64,000 bases of DNA from a virus: IMG/VR virus record IMGVR_UViG_3300010885_049703, positions 32,001-96,000 of that record. One strand, 5' to 3'. Position numbers and translations under genes: made by a program. Shown here one piece after another: positions 21,706-31,072 of this stretch (positions are counted from its first letter, which is position 1; each line of letters starts with the position of its first letter). The notes beneath the pieces are model-generated. The model was not told the origin of the DNA. It saw only the letters and a program-made list of their open reading frames with translations, and did no database searches.

Positions 21706-22739
21706 TGCAATACCTTGGCTATTTGTTCTACTTCACTGTCAGTTAGTGTGTGTTGGTTAGGCACAGTGAAACTTTGTCGTGCCAATTCATCGGCTCGTGG
21801 ACAATTGGCAGTATACAGCGTTTCCCGATGAACTGGCCTTGAATAGTGTACGGCTATGTCAATCGCTTGTTGTTGAAACTGTTTGATAACGATGTCTCGT
21901 TGCAACGATTTAAAAACTAGTTTACTGTAATCGTGTGCCCTTAGATTGGTATCTAACACACACTGGTGTTGACTTTGTGCAATAAGAAATTGCGCTATCT
22001 CATGCCTTCTGCGCTGCCATTGTGTAGCCAGTTCCAACCCAACGCTAATACACGCTGCTTCAAAACTACTGATCATACTGTTCATTCCTGGTGCAATACT
22101 TGCATCGGTATTTTTCTTCTTGCCGTGTAATCGCAGCAGTTGAGCCATGGCAGCAATGTCATCATCATCAGTGAGTACGGCTCCGCCACTGCCCCAGCTA
22201 CTGATAGGTTTACTGGGTGAAAAACTAACACAGGCAACCGTGCCTTGGTTGGCACTCCAAGTTGTACCGTTGTGACTCATTAAACTTTGAGCAGCATCAC
22301 AAATCACAGGTATGCCTAGTTGATCTAATGCGGCCCAGTTGCTCATGTTGCCAAATATATCCACTGCCACCACAGCAGCGCAGTCTTTGATTTGACTTAC
22401 ATCAATACAATAATTGTCAACAACATCAACCGCAATTGGTATATGACCGGCTCTGACAATAGCATGTGCCGTGGCAGTGAATGTGTAGGTGCTTACGGCA
22501 ATTCTACTTTGTGGGGGAAGATTCAAACACCATATGGCAATGATCAGTGCATCAGTGCAACTGGCAGTTGTGACACAATGTTTTCTATGAAACGTTGTGG
22601 CTAGCCTTGTTTCTAATCGTTGTACCAGTGCTGAGTTTTGAGCTAGGCCCTGTTGATGATCTTCGTTGAGCATTGTCCAGACTTGATCACGTATCTGAGT
22701 CCAGTTGCGAGCATTTTGGAATAGTGCGATGTTACTCAT
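21702..22739 (-). CDS. DegT/DnrJ/EryC1/StrS PLP-dependent sugar aminotransferase
   Basis: SCTDAL, DAAQS, SFSPSKPISSWGSGG (catalytic Lys). Confidence 0.88.
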   Translation of the reverse strand: MSNIALFQNARNWTQIRDQVWTMLNEDHQQGLAQNSALVQRLETRLATTFHRKHCVTTASCTDALIIAIWCLNLPPQSRIAVSTYTFTATAHAIVRAGHIPIAVDVVDNYCIDVSQIKDCAAVVAVDIFGNMSNWAALDQLGIPVICDAAQSLMSHNGTTWSANQGTVACVSFSPSKPISSWGSGGAVLTDDDDIAAMAQLLRLHGKKKNTDASIAPGMNSMISSFEAACISVGLELATQWQRRRHEIAQFLIAQSQHQCVLDTNLRAHDYSKLVFKSLQRDIVIKQFQQQAIDIAVHYSRPVHRETLYTANCPRADELARQSFTVPNQHTLTDSEVEQIAKVLQ

Positions 22740-23352
22740 AAGAATTCACTATTGTAAAACATTCAGCAAGCGTTTGCCTATTCTTCTGCGCCCAATATTG
22801 ATTGGCAGTGTAGATATACGCAATATCTGACTGGGATAGATAACTGCCGTAACATTCCAGCAATTGACGTTTGAATGTCCAATGATCAGCAATACCAACG
22901 TAATAGTTGGCAGTGCGTTGATAGTCATGGCAATAAGGCCAACTATGCATTAACCAAGTCTGACGGGCATGCTTCTTTACATAAGGCCAAGCCAGTTCAT
23001 AGGTGGCTCTGTGGTCTTGATGACTGTCTTCAGGATTGGGGATAATTGCAATGTCACATGACTCCAACAGATCGTGTAGTTGAGTCATGATTACATTATT
23101 GACTACAAGATTTGGCCTGCCGCCGGTGTGCAAGGGAGTGGGCAATACTCTAAGATCCCAGCCACTCAATTTATAACTGGCCGCAAGTTCATTGGTTACA
23201 ATGGCTGTGGTTCGGGTGGGATTGACTTCAGTGCTGGGTTGTACAGCAACCACACTGATGATTTCTGCACCCTGCTCTTGATAACGTCTGAGAGTACCGG
23301 CACAGGCAATCTCTACATCATCGGGGTGAGCACTGACAACGAGTATTTTCAT
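22732..23352 (-). CDS. PIG-L/LmbE family deacetylase
   Basis: AHPDDVE and HQDH motifs. Confidence 0.88.
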   Translation of the reverse strand: MKILVVSAHPDDVEIACAGTLRRYQEQGAEIISVVAVQPSTEVNPTRTTAIVTNELAASYKLSGWDLRVLPTPLHTGGRPNLVVNNVIMTQLHDLLESCDIAIIPNPEDSHQDHRATYELAWPYVKKHARQTWLMHSWPYCHDYQRTANYYVGIADHWTFKRQLLECYGSYLSQSDIAYIYTANQYWAQKNRQTLAECFTIVNSYE

Positions 23353-23504
23353 GACCACCTCAACAAATATAACATGTAGTCCGCCTCATTGCGAAAGTAT
23401 AGATAGCCTCGATCACGACACCAACGAATATCTTGATCACCAAATGTTTGTTCACACCATTGCATTCTTGCCCATGCTTCTGGTATCTTTGCTCGATAGG
23501 TCAT
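23349..23504 (-). CDS. small phage protein (F..E.D..F.L(K/R)W family)
   Basis: 51 aa read from sequence, ends YFRNEADYMLYLLRWS; ATGA-coupled. Confidence 0.6.
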   Translation of the reverse strand: MTYRAKIPEAWARMQWCEQTFGDQDIRWCRDRGYLYFRNEADYMLYLLRWS

Positions 23505-23734
23505 GACCATTTTAATTTAAACCACACTGCTGGTTTTTCGTCTTTAAAGTAGTAACACCAGGAACTCATTATATAATCTACCTTGGATCTATAACCTCGT
23601 TCACGTAGCCATGAATTTAAATCATCTAACGTATAAGGCTCAATGCTAGGACGCAACTCTACCTTGTATATGAATCCTTGTTCAGCTAATCTGACACTGT
23701 AAGGTCTGCTCAACGGGTTACTGTGATCTTTCAT
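23501..23734 (-). CDS. small phage protein (F.LKW family)
   Basis: ends YFKDEKPAVWFKLKWS. Confidence 0.6.
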   Translation of the reverse strand: MKDHSNPLSRPYSVRLAEQGFIYKVELRPSIEPYTLDDLNSWLRERGYRSKVDYIMSSWCYYFKDEKPAVWFKLKWS

Positions 23735-24690
23735 TGCCAGTGTGTGCTAGTAGTCAGCCAATTGTAATAAGATAAGAATCCTTCAGCAACATCAACTTTG
23801 GGATCATACCCAAAGTCTTGACGAGCAGCATCAATGTTCAGTGATCCACGACTGGGGAAGTCTAGATCACGATCCCCGACTTGAATAGATCCTTGCCCCA
23901 CTATGCTGACAATCATTTCAGCTGCCTGCAACAATGTCACGGAATGACTTTTTGTTATATTATACGTGCGATTCTTTGTTTGGTCAATCAAACTGGCATT
24001 AGCGATACCTTCGGCGGCATCATCAACATAGGTAAAGTCCAAAGTTTCCGCGGCACCATTTACGTTTAACCAGCCGCCACGCAATGCCTGCATCATGAAT
24101 CGTGATATAACACGGTCTTCAACATCCAACGGTCCATATACCGCACTGGGACGAATGATGGTGTAATCAAAACAGCCGCGTCGCTGGTAATCTTTTACTA
24201 GAGCCTCGCCGGCAAGTTTCATTATACCATATTGTCCTTGTGGGCGACATATAGCATCTTCACGCACATCATCTCGGAAATCACCGTAGACCATTGAGCT
24301 TGATATGTACACAAAACGTTTGACACTGTGTGCATTCGCGCTTTCCAGCATGTTGATCAGTCCTTCAATCATCACCTTTGCTCCCAATCCAGGATTGGCA
24401 TTTACTACTTTTTGTCGGGGAAAGCTGGCCATGTGTATTACAACATCAGGCTGTTCGCCCGCAATGATGCTGTTGACTGCAGCCGCATCTGCAATGTCGT
24501 TGGTATAGCAACGTACTGATAGTGGAAATTTTACTCGACGCTGTTGTATCAAGTAGTCAAGTTCTTGTTGTGGGATGACACCATAGTTGGTGAGATTGTC
24601 AATAACTGCTACATCGTGCCCAAGGCGTGTTAGATGAAGCACGGTATTGTGCCCAATTAATCCAAGCCCACCTGTGATCAATACTTTCAT
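23731..24690 (-). CDS. NAD-dependent epimerase/dehydratase
   Basis: GGLGLIG, SSSMVYG, YGIMK; paralog of 20743..21705. Confidence 0.9.
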   Translation of the reverse strand: MKVLITGGLGLIGHNTVLHLTRLGHDVAVIDNLTNYGVIPQQELDYLIQQRRVKFPLSVRCYTNDIADAAAVNSIIAGEQPDVVIHMASFPRQKVVNANPGLGAKVMIEGLINMLESANAHSVKRFVYISSSMVYGDFRDDVREDAICRPQGQYGIMKLAGEALVKDYQRRGCFDYTIIRPSAVYGPLDVEDRVISRFMMQALRGGWLNVNGAAETLDFTYVDDAAEGIANASLIDQTKNRTYNITKSHSVTLLQAAEMIVSIVGQGSIQVGDRDLDFPSRGSLNIDAARQDFGYDPKVDVAEGFLSYYNWLTTSTHWQ

Positions 24691-25013
24691 TGCGACCACT
24701 TTAATTTAAAGAATGTATAGTTTTGTTCACTCATCTCGCCTTCCAAGGCAATTTTGTATCCAAGTGATATTGGATCAGCCAAAGTATGAAAGTAGATGTC
24801 GCCTTCGCAGTGTTCCGTACACCACTGACCTTTTTCCGTCTGTTGCCATTCTTGAATTGTGAATGATGCATAAAGCATGGGATCTTCAACATCACCGACT
24901 GTAAAATTATGCAACATAACTTTTTGTGTCTGCATGTATGACCTGGGATTGTTATGAAATTTAAATCGTTCCGGAAGCTGGCCAGGCCAAGTTTTACTAA
25001 AAGTGATTGCCAT
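24687..25013 (-). CDS. small phage protein (F.LKW family)
   Basis: VGDVEDP..; ends YTFFKLKWSQ. Confidence 0.6.
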   Translation of the reverse strand: MAITFSKTWPGQLPERFKFHNNPRSYMQTQKVMLHNFTVGDVEDPMLYASFTIQEWQQTEKGQWCTEHCEGDIYFHTLADPISLGYKIALEGEMSEQNYTFFKLKWSQ

Positions 25014-25674
25014 TAACTAACTCCGCAGCCATTGGAAATATTTTTGCAATTACATTGGCGCAGGCCACAGCAACTTCTTGATGTTCTTTTTGTGTGCCGT
25101 TGCCACTGCGCAGTTCAATAAAATGTATCCAACTACGCAAAGTGCCATTCATGTACAGTCGACTTTCCATGATACCTTCGGGCAACACTGCACGAGCTTG
25201 TTCTTTGGCAATGCCATTGTCAACTGCCCACTTATACGCTTCGCGACTGGCAGCTATCACATTCATTTGACGAATCTTCCATTCGTGTTCAAGTTCTTGG
25301 TCATCAGTTTCAATGCTGTTTTGACGATTCTTGGTATCTTGCAGTCGTGCATCACGCAACACAAAGTTTAGATCCTTTGTGGGATCGGCGTAACGTTGCG
25401 AGAACTCTTGGAAACTAAAACTACGATGACGTAAGATCTGTCGAGCAATGTCTCTTGTAGTGGTAATTTCTATACAAGCACTGACCATCTCAAGTGGACT
25501 CCAGTGTTGGTGCTTGATCAAATAGCGTATGAGTTTTTCGCTTGACTCAGTGTTGAGTTGATTACTGGGGTTACTGACACGAGCGCAATAGGCAATAAGT
25601 TCTTGAGCATCACCTATACCTAGCCCAGTTAGTTCAGCCGTGGGCTCGCTAGAAGAAATCAGTCTGACGTTCAT
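24997..25674 (-). CDS. thyX: flavin-dependent thymidylate synthase
   Basis: HWSPLE; RHRSFSFQEFSQRY signature. Confidence 0.95.
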   Translation of the reverse strand: MNVRLISSSEPTAELTGLGIGDAQELIAYCARVSNPSNQLNTESSEKLIRYLIKHQHWSPLEMVSACIEITTTRDIARQILRHRSFSFQEFSQRYADPTKDLNFVLRDARLQDTKNRQNSIETDDQELEHEWKIRQMNVIAASREAYKWAVDNGIAKEQARAVLPEGIMESRLYMNGTLRSWIHFIELRSGNGTQKEHQEVAVACANVIAKIFPMAAELVNGNHF

Positions 25675-25980
25675 TTATAGGCCGCTTAAAATTTTGTTGG
25701 TTTCGGGTTGCACCAGCTCGGCCACAGCATTGACGTCAAGCACAAATTCAATATCTTGTACTTCGTCGCCAAGCTCGGCTAGTTGGCGGGTTATGAGAAT
25801 TTCAATTTCTTCTAACTCAAGGCCTTGTTTCTTCAGCGTGTGAAAGTTAATAGTTTTCTGACGCCGGCCTTCTATTTTGATTATAACTTTTTTGATACAT
25901 TCAAGGGGAACAGCAGTTTTTTCATCAATACCTGAAATTATGTGTTCCCACTTCTCGAGAAAATCATCACTGAGCTTCAT
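25675..25980 (-). CDS. hypothetical protein
   Basis: ORF from MKLSDDF, in operon. Confidence 0.6.
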   Translation of the reverse strand: MKLSDDFLEKWEHIISGIDEKTAVPLECIKKVIIKIEGRRQKTINFHTLKKQGLELEEIEILITRQLAELGDEVQDIEFVLDVNAVAELVQPETNKILSGL

Positions 25981-26698
25981 GTGCGGCGGTTGCTTTCTTT
26001 GGACGACCACGTGTCTTGGCTGCCGCAGTTGACACGGGTGCGGTTGATTCACGAACAACAGCCTTGGGATTTGCTTTTGGGTTCATACGTGCAGCTTCTT
26101 TTTTCATGCGAGCTGCTTCAGCAATCAATCCTTTGGCTTCAATTTCCATGCGCTTGGCCTGTACCAACATATTGTCGGCAATGTCATTGTCATTAAGATA
26201 TGAACTGGTACTGGCTTGAGAACTAGGCGGAGGTGGTGCTCCTAACTCTCGACCAGCTTTGTATTCTGCTTCGGCTGCACGTTTAGTCGGAGCATCTACC
26301 ATTCCGCGATTGGCATCTACCTCGGCTAGTTTTCTACTAGCACCTTCGCCAAGCTTCATTTCGGCTAAAATCTTGTTGAGTTCGTCAAGTCTGATTGTAT
26401 TGCCAGTGCTGGGAGTCATAATCACTTGCCCAGTATTGACTTTTTTCATCATGCTTTCACGATGCAACGTCTCAAGAATGTTTCTACCATCGGGCAAAAG
26501 ATTACGATGTAATGCATCAGCAAATTCTTCGGCTTGTTGACCTACATCACTTTCCAATACTTTCATGATAGAATCATGCCAGTGTGCTGGCAATGTGTCG
26601 GGATAAATGACCAAACACATATGATCCATTCCCGGAATGGTTCTAAATATCACAGCGACCTTGCGATCGTTGTGTTTTCCAATATGCTTTAAAAACAT
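25967..26698 (-). CDS. hypothetical protein with basic C-terminal tail
   Basis: AGGAG SD; C-terminal KTRGRPKK (AT-hook-like). Confidence 0.7.
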   Translation of the reverse strand: MFLKHIGKHNDRKVAVIFRTIPGMDHMCLVIYPDTLPAHWHDSIMKVLESDVGQQAEEFADALHRNLLPDGRNILETLHRESMMKKVNTGQVIMTPSTGNTIRLDELNKILAEMKLGEGASRKLAEVDANRGMVDAPTKRAAEAEYKAGRELGAPPPPSSQASTSSYLNDNDIADNMLVQAKRMEIEAKGLIAEAARMKKEAARMNPKANPKAVVRESTAPVSTAAAKTRGRPKKATAAHEAQ

Positions 26699-26699
26699 A

Positions 26700-26942
26700 T
26701 TATTCTCCTTGAAGGGCCGTTTCGGGCTCTGGCGGTAGTTCTGTTTGAGTGCTTTCTTGAACTTGTTGCGCTTGTTCTTCGATTGCTTTCAAAAATACAG
26801 AGAGACGATCAAAAACTTCGCCCACTGATTTCATTTCTTCTGCTCGATAAGCGCCACGGCTGCAAGCAACTTCAATGCAGGTCTTCAAACCTACAAGGTC
26901 CGTTACGGTTAAATTGTTGTTGGGGGTAGTAGTAGTATCCAT
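26700..26942 (-). CDS. hypothetical protein
   Basis: IEVACSRGAYRAEEM; TAAATA 5 nt upstream of ATG. Confidence 0.65.
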   Translation of the reverse strand: MDTTTTPNNNLTVTDLVGLKTCIEVACSRGAYRAEEMKSVGEVFDRLSVFLKAIEEQAQQVQESTQTELPPEPETALQGE

Positions 26943-26959
26943 GCAAATATTTAATCAAT

Positions 26960-26993
26960 AAAACACCGCAGATTTTATTTTCTGCGGTGTTTT
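26960..26993. terminator. intrinsic terminator-like hairpin
   Basis: AAAACACCGCAGA...TCTGCGGTGTTTT inverted repeat after the VWA gene. Confidence 0.7.
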
Positions 26994-27004
26994 GGCAAAA
27001 TTGA

Positions 27005-28285
27005 TCAATGTACTTCGTTTTCTTCGTAATAAGCAAATTGACCCCAGGGTGGGACAATAGTCTTGGTACCGTGTAAAATCCACAGTGTGTCGGCGTAGTT
27101 CTCATCACCCCACGAACCGAATGGATAGCCATCTGTAAACACAATCAAACGTTTGGGTTCAATGTTATTCTCTTTGAGATAACTGAAGATACAGTCAAAG
27201 TCTGTACCACCACCGCCGGATACTTCATAATCTAGCATGGTTTCCATGTTTTCGCTATCATATGTTCTTGAATTGTATACTTCTGTGTCAAACGTAGCAA
27301 TATGAATACGAAACTGTCCAAACTGATTCATGATACCCTGTACCTCGCTGAGAAAATCTTTGAGCATGGATTCGTCAATTGAACCTGAAGCATCTAACAT
27401 CACACAGATATCAATCATCTCATCATTCTTTAATCCGGGCATTACAGCGTCCATGTGCCAGCCCTTGCGACTTGCCCGCATCCAAGTGTAGTCAGATTTA
27501 ATAGTTGATTCCATCTGCATACGCAACAACTCACGCCAGTCCATTTTAGGTTCAGTGAGATTTTGGATAATGCGTTTGACCCCTGCTGGAATGTTGCCGG
27601 CGTCTGATGCCTGTGCTGCGCTCAATACAGCTTCCTTGATTTCGTCGCGAATCTGTTGACGCTCTTCGTCAGTGAGTTTGGGGCGACCCTTGCCATCTTT
27701 GTCGCCTTCGCCTTCGCCTTCGCCTTCGCCTTCACCGTCTAAGTGATCATCAAGCAGTCGATCAATCAGTTGATTGATGTTGATTTTTTCGGCGTTTTCG
27801 TAGAGATGATTGTAGATCTCTTCTGAGCTCATACCATCGTATTTGGTGTCAAACAAACATGGCACTGAAGTAATCTTTTCACCAACACGATGTCGCACAA
27901 GATCGCCATTGACAGCATAGTCATTGGCTACATTCCACAATTGTGCATCTCGGCTCATGCGACGACCAAAGTGATCATACACCACATGCAATACTTCATG
28001 TCCAAACAAGAATTCAAGTTCTTTGGGCTGCAGCATTTTAACAAAACGACTATTGTAATAAAAGTTTCTGCCGTCTGTGGCTGCAGTTGAACACCACTCG
28101 TCGGCATTGACAAGTTTCAATCGTGTTGCAAGATTGCCAAAGAAACTAGACTTCAACAATAGTCCAACACGAGCAGTGATCAATTGCTCTCTCACCTCTC
28201 GATCAATCTTAGGATCCGTGGGACCAATTAAGTCAGCGAATTTCTTTGCTAACTCTTTTGTGTTTTCTGTTGTGCCTTTACTCAT
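27005..28285 (-). CDS. metallopeptidase-like + VWA domain protein (DUF2201 type)
   Basis: TAATDG, HEVLH (HExxH), DASGS (MIDAS), GGGGTDF, FTDG. Confidence 0.85.
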   Translation of the reverse strand: MSKGTTENTKELAKKFADLIGPTDPKIDREVREQLITARVGLLLKSSFFGNLATRLKLVNADEWCSTAATDGRNFYYNSRFVKMLQPKELEFLFGHEVLHVVYDHFGRRMSRDAQLWNVANDYAVNGDLVRHRVGEKITSVPCLFDTKYDGMSSEEIYNHLYENAEKININQLIDRLLDDHLDGEGEGEGEGEGDKDGKGRPKLTDEERQQIRDEIKEAVLSAAQASDAGNIPAGVKRIIQNLTEPKMDWRELLRMQMESTIKSDYTWMRASRKGWHMDAVMPGLKNDEMIDICVMLDASGSIDESMLKDFLSEVQGIMNQFGQFRIHIATFDTEVYNSRTYDSENMETMLDYEVSGGGGTDFDCIFSYLKENNIEPKRLIVFTDGYPFGSWGDENYADTLWILHGTKTIVPPWGQFAYYEENEVH

Positions 28286-28308
28286 AGTTTCTCCTTCATT
28301 GTTTTATT

Positions 28309-28337
28309 ATTATAACGCAAGTGAGATTATTGGTCAA
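28309..28337 (-). promoter_or_regulatory. sigma70-type promoter
   Basis: TTGACC-17 nt-TATAAT. Confidence 0.75.
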
Positions 28338-28573
28338 ACGGATTCCAAGTGTTTGAGAGCAAAAATCAACGCATCATTGGGGTCTTTGAACCAATATTCT
28401 AGTGTCCAAGCATCAACGTCGGCATTGTCAGGATTGGCATGCGCAAACCCCCAACGAACACCATATCTACCAAATTCCTGATTACACAGAGCATTGATCC
28501 GCATTACTTCAGTTGAAGTATATGGATTGAATTTCCGTTTGACTTTGGTAGTTTTCACAGTAAATAACTCCAT
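28334..28573 (-). CDS. small phage protein (F.LK family)
   Basis: ends WFKDPNDALIFALKHLESV. Confidence 0.6.
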   Translation of the reverse strand: MELFTVKTTKVKRKFNPYTSTEVMRINALCNQEFGRYGVRWGFAHANPDNADVDAWTLEYWFKDPNDALIFALKHLESV

Positions 28574-29459
28574 GTATTCAATAACAGATCCCTGGGCAAG
28601 ATTGCAACAAGTAATGGTTGGAACTTGTCATACACATCTTAATTTACCTTGGATCATAGATTCTTCCGCTCGTACTGCATTGGAAAAAATTTTACTTGAA
28701 ACTCAAGAAGATCTTGACAGTCTTGCCAATTGGTTAACTCAACAAGGTTGTACGGTTTCAAGACCAAAGGTAGATTCTACTAAGTTAACCAAGCGACCCA
28801 CAATCTCTCCCAGGGATGACATTTTAGTTGTCGACAATCGATTGTTTGTTGATGTTGACACTATCAATGGCAGCAATATTCATTATTTTGGTGACCGTTT
28901 GTGCGTAAGTCGCGATGTTGATCCGGCTGTGGCTGCACGATTGTTTCCTGATTATAAAATTATTAGATTTTATCAAACCGGGCATGTTGATGGTTGGTTC
29001 ACTATTCCAACACCTGGATTGATTGTCAGCGGGATTGATCATCAACGTCCGGACCTTATGAAAATGTTTTATAAAACATACTTTGCCGATCACGAAGTTG
29101 TCTATGTAAGTGAAACATTGGCCAAAGCAGATTGGGGATTGAATCGCACACATCAAACCTGGACCAGTCACGCAGACTCAGCACTGTCAAATTTCTTAGA
29201 TCAATATCTTTCAAGTTGGACCGGAACTCCCGAAGAAACTATATTTGAAATCAATATGTTGATACTAGATCGCCACAATGTGGCGGTGAACTGTATTGAT
29301 GACACAGTGCTCACAGCCTTGCAACGATACAGCGTCACGGCTCACATAGTTCCTTTTAGACATGCTGCGTTTTGGGACTGCGGGATTCACTGTGCCACAG
29401 CAGATCTACAAAGAAAAAGCGAGAGTCCGGAGACCCTCGCATCAACGCACCGCAATTAA
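28572..29459 (+). CDS. amidinotransferase (shorter paralog)
   Basis: LQQVMVG, PRDD, GHVDG, FEIN, CGIHCATADLQR; start at MYSITDPW after TAAATA. Confidence 0.75.
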   Translation: MYSITDPWARLQQVMVGTCHTHLNLPWIIDSSARTALEKILLETQEDLDSLANWLTQQGCTVSRPKVDSTKLTKRPTISPRDDILVVDNRLFVDVDTINGSNIHYFGDRLCVSRDVDPAVAARLFPDYKIIRFYQTGHVDGWFTIPTPGLIVSGIDHQRPDLMKMFYKTYFADHEVVYVSETLAKADWGLNRTHQTWTSHADSALSNFLDQYLSSWTGTPEETIFEINMLILDRHNVAVNCIDDTVLTALQRYSVTAHIVPFRHAAFWDCGIHCATADLQRKSESPETLASTHRN

Positions 29460-30544
29460 CTGGCACTGGCTTGTAGAATGTACTTGCCGTAACGATTGTG
29501 GAACTCGTCAAAGTGAGTAAGTTTAGTGGGTTGGAACGGTAGATTGTACGTAGTCAATGCAATACGTGCGCCCATGACAACCAACTCAGTTTCAAAATTA
29601 TCCATCATGTAGCGGAAGAAGCAATCAGCCATGGCATGGAATTTCTTATCTTCGGCTTTGTTTTCAACTGCATCCTTGAGCTCGTAACACATTGAAATCA
29701 CCAAGGAATACATTGCCGACACTTCTTTGACATCAAGTGTAGTGACCTTGCCACTAAGGATATCTTCGGGCTTGGGCATGCGACCTGCAATTTTGCGGTG
29801 TGCTGCAAATTTAACAGCAAGGCCTTCGCCAATGGTGCCAGAAATCAAATTGGTCAAAGTTTCAACGTCAGTGTCGTCGTCGTGTAACAGTTCGCTAACA
29901 AAGGTCCAAGTACGTGGTGTAGCAAAGGCACGTGAGCTAGACTTGGCATCAAAGTCATACAAGTCTTGTTTGGCAAAACTCAAATAACCCACAACATCTT
30001 TGTGAATCTTGTTGTTGGTGGCCCACTCTTGCCAATTAGAAAAGTCAACTTTGATCTCTTGGTGAATAAAACGATTGGCAAGCGGAGTAGGCATACGGAA
30101 TGTAACACCTTTGTCCGACTCACGGTTACCTGCAGCAACCATAACAACATTGTCTGGCAATACATACTTGCCCACACGACGATTGAGAATCAACTGATAG
30201 GCTGCGGCTTGTACTGCTGGCGCTGCGGAGTTGAGTTCGTCCAGGAACAAAACCACCACAGGATATTGATCTGCTAGTTCTTGACTGGGTAAGTCAATGG
30301 GCGGTGCCCAATCCATCACACCTTTTTCTTTGTTGTAAAACGGAATGCCTCGTATGTCTGTGGGCTCCATCTGCCCCAAACGAAGATCAATCATGAAACC
30401 GTTGAGGTCTTGAGAGATTTCTGCAACTACATCACTCTTGCCAACACCCGGAGGCCCCCAGAGAAAGATGGGACGTTTAACATTGAAGGCTTTGGTGATA
30501 CACTTGCGAACTTGCTTGATTGTTACTGTGCGGGATTCTGACAC
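29456..30544 (-). CDS. MoxR-like AAA+ ATPase
   Basis: GPPGVGKS Walker A, LFLDE Walker B, AAGNR, LANRF, TPRTW. Confidence 0.9.
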   Translation of the reverse strand: MSESRTVTIKQVRKCITKAFNVKRPIFLWGPPGVGKSDVVAEISQDLNGFMIDLRLGQMEPTDIRGIPFYNKEKGVMDWAPPIDLPSQELADQYPVVVLFLDELNSAAPAVQAAAYQLILNRRVGKYVLPDNVVMVAAGNRESDKGVTFRMPTPLANRFIHQEIKVDFSNWQEWATNNKIHKDVVGYLSFAKQDLYDFDAKSSSRAFATPRTWTFVSELLHDDDTDVETLTNLISGTIGEGLAVKFAAHRKIAGRMPKPEDILSGKVTTLDVKEVSAMYSLVISMCYELKDAVENKAEDKKFHAMADCFFRYMMDNFETELVVMGARIALTTYNLPFQPTKLTHFDEFHNRYGKYILQASAS

Positions 30545-30575
30545 GAATGTTCTCCTTTTTAACTATTGAACACAT

Positions 30576-30604
30576 ATTATACTAGTTGACGAATTTTGTG
30601 TCAA
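30576..30604 (-). promoter_or_regulatory. sigma70-type promoter
   Basis: TTGACA-17 nt-TATAAT, then TAGTTAA and AGGAG. Confidence 0.8.
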
Positions 30605-30610
30605 ACAAAA

Positions 30611-30952
30611 TCACATGCCTTCGGGATAATGCAACTCCCATGCCGCGTCGCCTACAACTGAAATCCAATGTTTCTTAGGCAACTTATCAATTATGTCAAA
30701 CGCAACATTCTCTGCGTAAAAATCGTATTCATGAATCACTTTTTTAGCCAGCAATCTAGCGATGGCTGCATCAAACTTTTCGCGAACTACAGAATCCGCA
30801 ACAGTACGAGCAATTGCATCTTTTTTAACAATACCCACTGCTCTCCATTCTGCAGTAGTAAAGTCGCCTTCGCGTCCACTCCACATTTCGCGGCATACTG
30901 ATTCAAATTTTGGGATACGCACATTTACGGTTACAGTTTTAGCAATACGCAT
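30611..30952 (-). CDS. hypothetical protein
   Basis: TAAGGAG SD and its own promoter. Confidence 0.7.
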   Translation of the reverse strand: MRIAKTVTVNVRIPKFESVCREMWSGREGDFTTAEWRAVGIVKKDAIARTVADSVVREKFDAAIARLLAKKVIHEYDFYAENVAFDIIDKLPKKHWISVVGDAAWELHYPEGM

Positions 30953-30984
30953 TTGATTCGCTCCTTATTAACTACTATACATCT

Positions 30985-31013
30985 ATTATAGCAAATGGAG
31001 TATTATTGGTCAA
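30985..31013 (-). promoter_or_regulatory. sigma70-type promoter
   Basis: TTGACC AATAAT..(17)..TATAAT. Confidence 0.8.
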
Positions 31014-31017
31014 ATAG

Positions 31018-31047
31018 AAAAAAGCCCTTGATTTACAAGGGCTTTTT
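31018..31047. terminator. bidirectional intrinsic terminator
   Basis: AAAAAAGCCCTTG-ATTTA-CAAGGGCTTTTT. Confidence 0.8.
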
Positions 31048-31072
31048 GGTTGCTGCTTTGCTAACAATGTTG

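Noticed and set aside
27702-27737. TCGCCT hexamer tandem repeat
   Set aside because: Encodes an in-frame GEGEGE linker typical of this VWA family; not a contingency locus
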